Virus record (IMG/VR): IMGVR_UViG_3300005512_000009
Coordinates: 29,543 to 93,542 of that record
From: a virus
Taxonomy: Duplodnaviria; Caudoviricetes
Direction: 5' to 3' (one strand)
DNA length: 64,000 nucleotides
The notes below the pieces were generated by a model, which did no database searches, had not been told where the DNA came from, and saw nothing but the letters and a program-made list of their open reading frames with translations. Below, in pieces: positions 1 to 6,868 of this stretch (the stretch's first letter is position 1; each line of letters starts with the position of its first letter). A program made the position numbers and the translations under genes.

Positions 1-1
1 T

Positions 2-640
2 GATTCAGTATTCCATCGCATTGTAACGGATCGATTCAAGAACTTCTTCATCCATATTTCAATTGATGCATCGGGTTCAATGGGCGGCAAACGTTTTGAA
101 AACGCAATTAAATCTGCGGTAGCAGTTGCACAAGCAGCTTCAATGACAACCGGGATTCGAGTGCAAATTTCATTGAGAGGTACAACGGGACACTATGATA
201 GTTCCAAATCAACCACGCTGTATGCATATGATTCAGCTCATGACAAAATGAGCAAGATCAAAACATTGTTCCCTTGGTTGAAAACCTTTGGAATGACACC
301 AGAAGGTATTGCTTTCGAAAGCATTTACCGAGACATCAAAAAGGATGCAAAAGGAGATGAATGTATCTTTATTAATTATTCAGATGGTATGCCAGGCGGT
401 GTTGCTGGGGTTTCATATTGTTGGGATGGAGTTGAGTATACACGCAGAGTTGTTAACAAAATGAGAGAGATTGGTATCAATATTATTAGTTATTTTATTG
501 ATGGATCAGAAGATGGTTATTCAGCAGATTTCTTCCGTAAAATGTATGGACAAGAAGCAGAGTTTATTGATCCGACATCGCTAACTAAAGTATCAAGATC
601 ATTGAATCGCAAGTTTTTAGAGTTAGGAGAGGCAGCATAA
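2..640 (+). CDS. von Willebrand factor A (VWA/MIDAS) domain protein, 5'-truncated by the window edge
   Basis: Frame is open from base 2 (DSVFHRIVTDRFKNFFIHISIDASGSMGG). DASGS is the MIDAS DxSxS motif; later GMTPEG and INYSDG are typical VWA motifs. Confidence 0.85.
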   Translation, partial: DSVFHRIVTDRFKNFFIHISIDASGSMGGKRFENAIKSAVAVAQAASMTTGIRVQISLRGTTGHYDSSKSTTLYAYDSAHDKMSKIKTLFPWLKTFGMTPEGIAFESIYRDIKKDAKGDECIFINYSDGMPGGVAGVSYCWDGVEYTRRVVNKMREIGINIISYFIDGSEDGYSADFFRKMYGQEAEFIDPTSLTKVSRSLNRKFLELGEAA

Positions 641-655
641 GTTGCCTCTCCTTTT
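625..655 (+). terminator. Rho-independent terminator (second copy at 748-778)
   Basis: AGGAGAGGCAGC-ATAA-GTTGCCTCTCCT followed by TTT. Confidence 0.8.
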
Positions 656-682
656 GGAAAAGTAAATATTAATTCATATAAT
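654..682 (+). promoter_or_regulatory. Class II (middle-type) promoter, duplicated at 777-805
   Basis: TTGGAA-17 bp-TATAAT. Confidence 0.65.
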
Positions 683-810
683 AAGTTATGATGACGCATA
701 TCGCTAACTAAAGTATCAAGATCATTGAATCGCAAGTTTTTAGAGTTAGGAGAGGCAGCATAAGTTGCCTCTCCTTTTGGAAAAGTAAATATTAATTCAT
801 ATAATAAGTT

Positions 811-1016
811 ATGATGACGCATATCAAGCAAAAAAACGCGGATGTAATGGAGTAATAGCAGGACATATACATACACCCGCTGATAAATTCATAGAAGGCA
901 TTCATTACTTGAATTGCGGCGATTGGATTGAAAATAATAGTTATATTACATATATGGATAAAAAATTTACCATATTATTTAAAGAAATAAATGATTTAAA
1001 TCAGAAAATTAATTAA
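811..1016 (+). pseudogene. C-terminal remnant of an LpxH-like (UDP-2,3-diacylglucosamine hydrolase family) metallophosphoesterase
   Basis: 819-1016 reads AYQAKKRGCNGVIAGHIHTPADKFIEGIHYLNCGDWIENNSY, with the GHxH and YLNxGDW motifs. The ATG at 811 is out of frame and the N-terminal metal motifs are absent. Confidence 0.75.
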
Positions 1017-1022
1017 AAAGTT

Positions 1023-1364
1023 ATGTTACACGAATTAGGAGCTAAATTAGGCTGGAAGATCCGAAGATGGAATTACGGGTTTGAACTATTTACAATGAAT
1101 ATCGGATATACTGAAGAATTAGGATTTAGGTTTTGTACCTTTCAATGCCAGTTCCGAGACTATTCCTTAGTATCCTTTTTTATCTCGTTGCCTAACCGTA
1201 CTACAAGACAACGCATTGTTGTGACAGAATGGGATGTGCTTTGGTTGAGAAACAGGTTGTGGAAACGGTATGACAGATTAACGGATAGCTTGATGTGGGG
1301 ACAAAGAGAACCAAGCAGAACGGAAGCCATTGAGCTTTGGATATTGGAAAGATTATTTGTATAA
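1023..1364 (+). CDS. hypothetical protein
   Basis: 113-aa ORF with the AAAGTT-ATG start context used elsewhere in the window. Confidence 0.7.
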   Translation: MLHELGAKLGWKIRRWNYGFELFTMNIGYTEELGFRFCTFQCQFRDYSLVSFFISLPNRTTRQRIVVTEWDVLWLRNRLWKRYDRLTDSLMWGQREPSRTEAIELWILERLFV

Positions 1365-1402
1365 TAGAGTATGAATGATAAAGGGTATCTTAACAGATTA
1401 AT

Positions 1403-1777
1403 ATGAATTCGAATGTAGAAGGACCTATATCCAAACGTAATCAACTTACACAGAGACAGACACAAGCATTGATTAAGTTGTGGGAGAAGTGGGGAAATAA
1501 TTCTAATTTAAAGCTAAATAGACTAGCATATTCACCATATGGTTTAGATCAGATCGAAGAACTCTACCCATATATTTCAATAGAACGTAGAGATGATTTA
1601 CTCGATAAAAAGTTTAAATGGGATTGGTGTATTTCATATCATGAAGAGTATGACGGACAAGGAACTCAATTAACTTGGCGTAGCGATTCAAAAGAACCGA
1701 TGCCGGATTTGATTAAAACGTTTTTACGGAAAGCATATGATAGAGAGTTTATGAGTATCCACCAAACTAGTTTATAA
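1403..1777 (+). CDS. hypothetical protein
   Basis: 124-aa ORF, co-oriented with neighbours. Confidence 0.65.
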   Translation: MNSNVEGPISKRNQLTQRQTQALIKLWEKWGNNSNLKLNRLAYSPYGLDQIEELYPYISIERRDDLLDKKFKWDWCISYHEEYDGQGTQLTWRSDSKEPMPDLIKTFLRKAYDREFMSIHQTSL

Positions 1778-1939
1778 AGTTGTAACGGCCCGGCTTATGA
1801 AAGCGAAAAGAAAAACCAATGCGAAGAACACGAAGAGACACGCATACGAATAAAGCAACGAGTCAATGTATATCGTATGTATATGCGCATACGCTTCGTC
1901 CACAGAGAAGAGCAAGACTTGTAATTAATTAATATGGTG

Positions 1940-2162
1940 TCTCAGGTTCCAGGTGTCCCTAGTATAACGCACAGAGTGGGCAAAGAGTCAGAAAATCTGA
2001 ATTATAATTATTAAGCATAGTTCTTGGGTTGAATCGTCCAGGGTTGGGTAGTATTGGATGACAGTAAAGGAAACCCCACTCTACCGTGTCTCGCCTAGTT
2101 TCCTAGAGCATAATGCTCTTTATTCGGATTACCTGGTGCTTAGGTACCCTAAACGGCCTAGA
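1940..2162 (+). ncRNA. Putative structured non-coding RNA of unknown class
   Basis: Nested helices 1940-48/2155-62, 1949-58/2126-36 and 1973-80/2075-82; hairpins 1988-2000, 2034-61, 2105-19 and 2140-52; crossing helix 2068-74/2098-2104. G-U pairs favour the + strand. Confidence 0.5.
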
Positions 2163-2189
2163 ATGCAGTATACGCAGTCTATTTGTGTC

Positions 2190-2301
2190 GTATTATTCGT
2201 GTATTATTCGTGTATAAATGGCGTATTTTTCGTCCATTCATCGCTCGCTGCGCTCGCTACCCGGTACCCGGCACGTATTTTTCGTGTATTTTTCGTCCAT
2301 T
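2190..2301. repeat. Five copies of 11-bp GTATTWTTCGT (iteron-like)
   Basis: Copies start at 2190, 2201, 2223, 2275 and 2286. A 16-bp repeat GTATTTTTCGTCCATT lies at 2223 and 2286. Confidence 0.85.
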
Positions 2302-2455
2302 ATTAGTGTGTATGCGTGTCTATACGTAGTGTATATTTGGCGTATGTGTGTATCGAACAATGTCTAGTATATATAAGTATTTGGTTTGGTCTTGACGTAT
2401 AGTACGAGTAAACGTTTCTTCGTATTTTTAATAGGCATTGTCCGGCGATTTGCGG

Positions 2456-2484
2456 TTGGATCCGTACGGATTATTTCTTATAAT
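2456..2484 (+). promoter_or_regulatory. Class II promoter
   Basis: TTGGAT-17-TATAAT. Confidence 0.7.
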
Positions 2485-2494
2485 ATAGAAAAAG

Positions 2495-2689
2495 ATGTTG
2501 AACGTAATATTGTGGATCATAGGGATCGCGATCTTGTTCTATATAGTTGTATACTTGTTGAGGCCGGCAATAGTAGCGCTTGTCTTGCTTGCCGTGGCGG
2601 GATCGATATTCGGCTTCTGGCCAGGAGTCATAGCTGCAGGGATCGGCTTCTTTTGGATGTTGTCTGTGCAATTCAATGAAGAGGATTAG
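2495..2689 (+). CDS. small hydrophobic membrane protein
   Basis: 64 aa, almost entirely hydrophobic, directly after a class II promoter. Confidence 0.65.
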   Translation: MLNVILWIIGIAILFYIVVYLLRPAIVALVLLAVAGSIFGFWPGVIAAGIGFFWMLSVQFNEED

Positions 2690-2718
2690 ATAACAAGTAT
2701 ACTGAGGGATCGATAAAT

Positions 2719-2727
2719 TGTGAATAA
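2719..2727 (-). promoter_or_regulatory. DnaA-box consensus (TTATTCACA)
   Basis: TGTGAATAA on + matches TTWTNCACA, just upstream of early promoter 1. Confidence 0.45.
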
Positions 2728-2744
2728 CTTTTCTTACAAAATGC

Positions 2745-2782
2745 TTGACACGCACACATATTCTTCTTATATTTATGTAAAT
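2745..2782 (+). promoter_or_regulatory. Class I (early) promoter 1
   Basis: TTGACACGCA...CTTATATTTATGTAAATT; TTGACA-17-TATATT. Confidence 0.85.
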
Positions 2783-2797
2783 TAAAAGATAAGAGCA

Positions 2798-3070
2798 ATG
2801 TTAGACACTTTAAAATGGGAGTTGGATCAAGCACTCCTAGTATGCGCAGACGGAACGGATATTCCACTCACACAACGTTGGGAGTTGTCGTTGCAAGACA
2901 TTGAATGCTGGTATGCAGAGATGATCCTGCTAGCAGAGAGTTACGGCAGGATCGTGACACACGTATTTACATTCTTCGAAGATGCACCTACCATGTTTTG
3001 GTTGGATGACTTGACTGGAGAGCTTAGAGCATTGGATGTTACAGACACAGAGAAAATCAATTTAAATTAA
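2798..3070 (+). CDS. early hypothetical protein
   Basis: 90-aa acidic ORF directly after an early promoter. Confidence 0.75.
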   Translation: MLDTLKWELDQALLVCADGTDIPLTQRWELSLQDIECWYAEMILLAESYGRIVTHVFTFFEDAPTMFWLDDLTGELRALDVTDTEKINLN

Positions 3071-3075
3071 TAGAC

Positions 3076-3297
3076 ATGACAGATTTACAATTTACCCGGG
3101 ACATTATTAAGTTTGATGCAGCCCATATGGATGCCGAAGAGTTCCAATTGTTTTTATATGAGAATGACATTGAGCATGAGTGGCAAGAAGCTAATCCGGA
3201 AAACTTTAATGATGGCGTGTATGATGTGTTTTTGTTTGACTATGAAATGCCAGTACGCTTTATTAATGGCAAGTATATCTCAGAAGAAGATTTGTAA
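3076..3297 (+). CDS. early hypothetical acidic protein
   Basis: 73 aa, very D/E-rich. Confidence 0.75.
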   Translation: MTDLQFTRDIIKFDAAHMDAEEFQLFLYENDIEHEWQEANPENFNDGVYDVFLFDYEMPVRFINGKYISEEDL

Positions 3298-3314
3298 AAA
3301 AGTTTACAAAATGC

Positions 3315-3352
3315 TTGACACGCATTGAATTTTGTCTTATATTTATGTAAAT
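3315..3352 (+). promoter_or_regulatory. Class I promoter 2
   Basis: TTGACACGCA-N-CTTATATTTATGTAAATT, 17-bp spacer. Confidence 0.85.
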
Positions 3353-3368
3353 TTAAAAATTAAGAGAT

Positions 3369-3743
3369 ATGGCTACAAGAAGCAGAATTGGAATGGAACA
3401 GCCTAACGGCGAAGTACGAAGCATTTATTGTCATTGGGATGGATATCCTGAGGGAGTAGGAGCAACGCTCCAGGAGCATTACGTGGATCCGGAAAAAGTA
3501 GAAGCACTCATTGCATTAGGTGATATTAGCGTATTACAACCATTAGTAGAGCCAGACGTGCCGGGAGTAGAGCATTCTTTTGCAAACCCAGCTCCATGCG
3601 TAACTGTTGCTTATCACAGAGACAGAGGAGAGAGTTTCTTCCCACCACGTGTTGATGCTAGCGTTGAATCGTTCAGCCAAAGCGACATTGAAGAGTACGG
3701 ATATGTGTTTACTCAGTCTGGCGAATGGAAAACATTTTCGTAA
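3369..3743 (+). CDS. conserved phage hypothetical protein
   Basis: MATRSRIG...SIYCHWDGYP...GDIS...AYHRDRGE...EEYGY signature, common in large phages. Confidence 0.85.
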   Translation: MATRSRIGMEQPNGEVRSIYCHWDGYPEGVGATLQEHYVDPEKVEALIALGDISVLQPLVEPDVPGVEHSFANPAPCVTVAYHRDRGESFFPPRVDASVESFSQSDIEEYGYVFTQSGEWKTFS

Positions 3744-3760
3744 AAAAGTTTACAAAATGC

Positions 3761-3798
3761 TTGACACGCACGAGAATAGTCCTTATATTTATGTAAAT
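3761..3798 (+). promoter_or_regulatory. Class I promoter 3
   Basis: TTGACA-17-TATATT with the conserved flanks. Confidence 0.85.
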
Positions 3799-3814
3799 TA
3801 AAAGATTAAAGGTT

Positions 3815-4000
3815 ATGAGTAAGAATAGTAGAAATTCCGGAAAGTTTAAGCAAGACGCAATATTGGGTCAGTTCCGTAGAGATGCACGCAGTAGCAATGA
3901 GAATTGTGCAGTTATGCAATGCATGAATAAAGCACCTAAAAAGGTTCAGAAGGAAGAACCGGTAAGAATGAGTTTAAATTTTTTAGCAACCGGCAAGTAA
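3815..4000 (+). CDS. early hypothetical protein
   Basis: 61-aa basic ORF after a promoter. Confidence 0.65.
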   Translation: MSKNSRNSGKFKQDAILGQFRRDARSSNENCAVMQCMNKAPKKVQKEEPVRMSLNFLATGK

Positions 4001-4001
4001 T

Positions 4002-4169
4002 ATGAATAATAGAGCAATTGACATTCTATTGAACAGAGGCTTAGCAGTTGTCATTCGAAAAGAATTGATTCAAGCAACGCGCGCAGCTTTGCAAGCAGAA
4101 GGCTTTGATACCGAATTCATTACAGATAGTGAAATTTTAGAATTAGTTAAACAAATTAACGAGATATGA
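4002..4169 (+). CDS. small hypothetical protein (55 aa, not in the ORF track)
   Basis: MNNRAIDILLNRGLAVVIRKELIQ...QINEI*; fills the gap, and its stop overlaps the next ATG (ATGA). Confidence 0.7.
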   Translation: MNNRAIDILLNRGLAVVIRKELIQATRAALQAEGFDTEFITDSEILELVKQINEI

Positions 4170-4873
4170 ACAAGATATATGTTACCACAGGCGCAGTAGC
4201 CACAGAGACCCGGTCAGTAAAGAAGTATATGGCTGACATCAAGAAACCCAAATTACTAACCCGAGAGCAGGAGGCAGATGCTACCCGAGATCAATTGATT
4301 GAATCCAATCTGCGATTTGTAGTTCAAGTAGCCAAGCAGTACCAGGGAATGGGATTGGAGCTAGAGGACCTGATAGGGTTCGGCAATGTAGGATTGTTTG
4401 AAGCTGCAGAGCGATTCGATCCCACTAGAAAGATCAAGTTCATTACCTTTGCAGTATGGTATATCCGAGCAGAGATTACCAAGGCATTAAATGATATGGG
4501 CCGCACAGTAAGGATCCCATCTCATAGAACAGCCACAGAAGAATATTCAACCATCTCCACACAGACAGTGATTGGCGATGACGAAGACTCAGAGACTTAT
4601 GCGGACCGATTCTTGCCAGCCGAGACGGATGTGAGCCGACAAGACCAAAGAGATCTTAATGACATGATAGCAGCCGCATTGGCTCAGCTCAAACCCAAGC
4701 AGCGTGATGCAGTAGCATTGTTTTATGGGATCGGTGTAGAGTATCCAAGCTGCATGGAAGACATTGCTGAGAAGCTCGGCGTGTCAAATGAGAGAGCCAG
4801 ACAATTGGTTAGAGCAGGCGAGGATGGGTTGAGGAACCTATCAGGATTAGAGATCCTGCAGCAGTATTTGTAA
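4166..4873 (+). CDS. Phage sigma-70 family RNA polymerase sigma factor (RpoD-like regions 2 and 4)
   Basis: NLRFVVQVAKQYQG, DLIGFGNVGLFEAAERFDP, FITFAVWYIR, and HTH MEDIAEKLGVSNERARQL. Confidence 0.95.
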   Translation: MNKIYVTTGAVATETRSVKKYMADIKKPKLLTREQEADATRDQLIESNLRFVVQVAKQYQGMGLELEDLIGFGNVGLFEAAERFDPTRKIKFITFAVWYIRAEITKALNDMGRTVRIPSHRTATEEYSTISTQTVIGDDEDSETYADRFLPAETDVSRQDQRDLNDMIAAALAQLKPKQRDAVALFYGIGVEYPSCMEDIAEKLGVSNERARQLVRAGEDGLRNLSGLEILQQYL

Positions 4874-4901
4874 ATCATATCTTTTAATTTTTCATATCTC
4901 T

Positions 4902-4933
4902 AGGGCGGATCCAAATGCGGGTTCGCCCTTTTT
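4902..4933 (+). terminator. Rho-independent terminator
   Basis: AGGGCGGATCC/GGGTTCGCCCT stem plus T-run. Confidence 0.85.
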
Positions 4934-4937
4934 CTGC

Positions 4938-4957
4938 TGTGAATAACTTGTGAATAA
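4938..4957 (-). promoter_or_regulatory. Two tandem DnaA-box consensus sites
   Basis: TGTGAATAA at 4938 and 4949, 11 bp apart. Confidence 0.45.
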
Positions 4958-4984
4958 CACAGTTAAACTTTTCTTGGATTTTGC

Positions 4985-5022
4985 TTGACTCGCATGCGTA
5001 TTGTCCTTATATTTATGTAAAT
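4985..5022 (+). promoter_or_regulatory. Class I promoter 4
   Basis: TTGACTCGCA...CTTATATTTATGTAAATT. Confidence 0.85.
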
Positions 5023-5038
5023 TAAAAGATTAAGAGAT

Positions 5039-5314
5039 ATGGCATTTACGATTAAGACCCAGGAAGAGTTCAACGAGTGTTTAATGTGGATCAGTGATTT
5101 ATCCAAAGATGCCTATGGCTTCAGGGTACGTAACCGGGATTGGGCTTCAATGAGCTTTGAGGAGCTTGCAGCAGAGGTTAATTTCTTTTCTGACATTGTT
5201 GCTAGGGAAGAAGAGGAGTATGCCAAATACGAAGAAAGAGCCATCCAGAGATGTTTGGATGCTGGAGCTCCAGACATAGAGACCGCAAAGCGTTGGTTAG
5301 AAGACGCAATGTAG
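5039..5314 (+). CDS. early conserved hypothetical protein
   Basis: ISDLSKDAYGFRVR and GAPDIETAKRWL phage-type signatures. Confidence 0.8.
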   Translation: MAFTIKTQEEFNECLMWISDLSKDAYGFRVRNRDWASMSFEELAAEVNFFSDIVAREEEEYAKYEERAIQRCLDAGAPDIETAKRWLEDAM

Positions 5315-5349
5315 GGCTAAAAAAAGTTTCAAAAAAGTTTCCAAAAAGG

Positions 5350-5387
5350 TTGACACGCACGGGAAAAGACCTTATATTTATGTAAAT
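5350..5387 (+). promoter_or_regulatory. Class I promoter 5
   Basis: TTGACA-17-TATATT. Confidence 0.85.
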
Positions 5388-5403
5388 TTAAAAATTAAGA
5401 GAT

Positions 5404-6351
5404 ATGCAAAAAGTTTTTGAGCCGGCCAGGGTAGATGGCAAATTAGTAGCACGCAATGTAGCAACCGGAGAAGTAGCTCCAGACTCACTCATCCGTTATA
5501 TTATGATCAACAAGGCAGAGAAAGCCAACCAAGTGCTAATGGTAGATACCGACACCGGCAGAGTGAAGCGCTTGGCCCGTACGGCAAAGACGCAGAAGGC
5601 TGCAGAGGATGCCAACAAGATGTCATTCCGCAACACCCTAGAGAAAAGGGATCCGAAGGTGATGTTTGACAACCTGGAGAGATTGACCAAGATGGTAGGT
5701 AGAGGAATCCAACCATCCCTAGTAATTACCGGTATGGCAGGAATGGGTAAGACTCACATTGTAAAGGAGACCTTGAAGAATATGGGATTGAAAGAGTCTA
5801 CCGACTTTGTTCACTTCAAAGGTAGAGCAACGGCAGCGGGTCTGTTTATTACGCTTTATGAGAATAGTGACGCAGTAATTGTGTTGGATGATTGTGACTC
5901 AGTATTCAAGGATGATGATGCAGTGAATATATTGAAGGCAGCATTAGACTCATATGATACCAGAAGGATATCATATATAAGCAGCAAGCCACTCAAGGAT
6001 GCATATGATCAGGCAGTGCCCCGACATTTTGAATTCACCGGCAAGATCATATTCATATCCAATATTGCTCAAAGCAAGTTGGATGAAGCAGTTAAGTCTC
6101 GTAGCTTTGTAGCAGACATATCAATGAACACCAAGCAGATGTTTACCAGAATGGAGCAGCTCATGGACAAGATGGAGCCACGTATTCCAATGAAGGCTAA
6201 AGAAGAAGCATTGCGTTGCATGAAGGAGCTCAATGAAGAATTTGCCGGAGTAGAGATCAACCTGCGAAGCTTTATCAAGGCAGCCAGAGTAGCAGCAATG
6301 GGTTTTGACAATACCAAAGACATGATTGCCGAGCAAATCATTCCGGCATAG
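5404..6351 (+). CDS. AAA+ family P-loop ATPase
   Basis: Walker A GMAGMGKT, Walker B VIVLDD, sensor IFISN, arginine finger in KSRS. Confidence 0.9.
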   Translation: MQKVFEPARVDGKLVARNVATGEVAPDSLIRYIMINKAEKANQVLMVDTDTGRVKRLARTAKTQKAAEDANKMSFRNTLEKRDPKVMFDNLERLTKMVGRGIQPSLVITGMAGMGKTHIVKETLKNMGLKESTDFVHFKGRATAAGLFITLYENSDAVIVLDDCDSVFKDDDAVNILKAALDSYDTRRISYISSKPLKDAYDQAVPRHFEFTGKIIFISNIAQSKLDEAVKSRSFVADISMNTKQMFTRMEQLMDKMEPRIPMKAKEEALRCMKELNEEFAGVEINLRSFIKAARVAAMGFDNTKDMIAEQIIPA

Positions 6352-6367
6352 AAGATGCATATCTCAG

Positions 6368-6397
6368 AAGGGGAGTAGTCGCAAGGCTGCTCCTTTT
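6368..6397 (+). terminator. Rho-independent terminator
   Basis: GGAGTAGTC-GCAA-GGCTGCTCC-TTTT. Confidence 0.85.
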
Positions 6398-6426
6398 CAA
6401 CTATTCAAACTTTTCTGGCAAAAAGG

Positions 6427-6460
6427 TTGACACGCACGGATATTATTCTTATATTTATAT
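6427..6460 (+). promoter_or_regulatory. Class I promoter 6
   Basis: TTGACACGCA...CTTATATTTAT. Confidence 0.8.
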
Positions 6461-6481
6461 CATAATATAAAATTAAAAGAC

Positions 6482-6763
6482 ATGACAAGAGAAGACGTAT
6501 TATCAGGAATGAAGTTTAAGTGGAACCGCAATACATATGTCGCCAAAGCTGATCCCTTTGGAGCTGAAGGAGGCTCAATCCAGGCTGGATGCGAACTATT
6601 ATTATGCAAAGGCAATGTTCAGACGTATGAATGCAATGTGGAAAGCTTCGGCCCGTACGCAATGCATTGGTACACCTATGTAATGGGTAAGCGGGTAAGT
6701 GGCACAATCAATTACAAGAGTCTAGAGGCGTTTGTAGAAGCACCGAAGGCAGAAGCGGCTTAA
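6482..6763 (+). CDS. early hypothetical protein
   Basis: 93-aa ORF between a promoter and a terminator. Confidence 0.75.
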   Translation: MTREDVLSGMKFKWNRNTYVAKADPFGAEGGSIQAGCELLLCKGNVQTYECNVESFGPYAMHWYTYVMGKRVSGTINYKSLEAFVEAPKAEAA

Positions 6764-6780
6764 CGGATTCAGAAAGGGTT

Positions 6781-6801
6781 GGGGGGCTTTGCCCCCCTTT
6801 T
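6781..6801 (+). terminator. Rho-independent terminator closing the early module
   Basis: GGGGGGC-TTT-GCCCCCC-TTTT. Confidence 0.85.
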
Positions 6802-6810
6802 GTACTGTTC

Positions 6811-6868
6811 GGGGGGAGGGGGTGTAAAAAGGGGGTCTAAGGGGGGTGTTTAGGGGGGGTGGGGAGGG
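6811..6868 (+). other. G-quadruplex-forming tract
   Basis: Seven G-runs (G6, G5, G5, G6, G7, G4, G3) within 58 bp. Confidence 0.75.

Larger units (their letters stand above)
577..825. repeat. Exact 123-bp tandem duplication (577-699 / 700-822, plus ATC microhomology)
   Basis: ATCGCTAACTAAAG...GATGACGCAT is repeated with period 123 and includes the VWA stop, a terminator and a promoter. Confidence 0.97.

Noticed and set aside
577-825. CRISPR array or attachment site
   Set aside because: Only two abutting copies with no spacer; no cas or integrase gene in the window.
517-876. Minus-strand 119-aa ORF with an internal 41-aa repeat
   Set aside because: By-product of the 123-bp (3n) duplication; antisense to the VWA gene, terminator and promoter.
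1940-2162. tRNA, tmRNA, RNase P or group I intron identity for the structured element
   Set aside because: No T-loop GTTCRA cloverleaf, tag ORF with tRNA-like ends, GAGGAAAGUCC or P7 consensus could be found by eye.
2241-2258. GCTC repeats resembling an AAV Rep-binding element or ColE1-type vector sequence
   Set aside because: Match is too short, no HUH Rep gene is present, and flanks are not vector-like; kept only as part of the iteron region.
2058-2679. ORFs 2058-2306 and 2386-2679
   Set aside because: They run through the structured/iteron DNA or overlap the better-supported 2495-2689 gene, and their composition is not protein-like.
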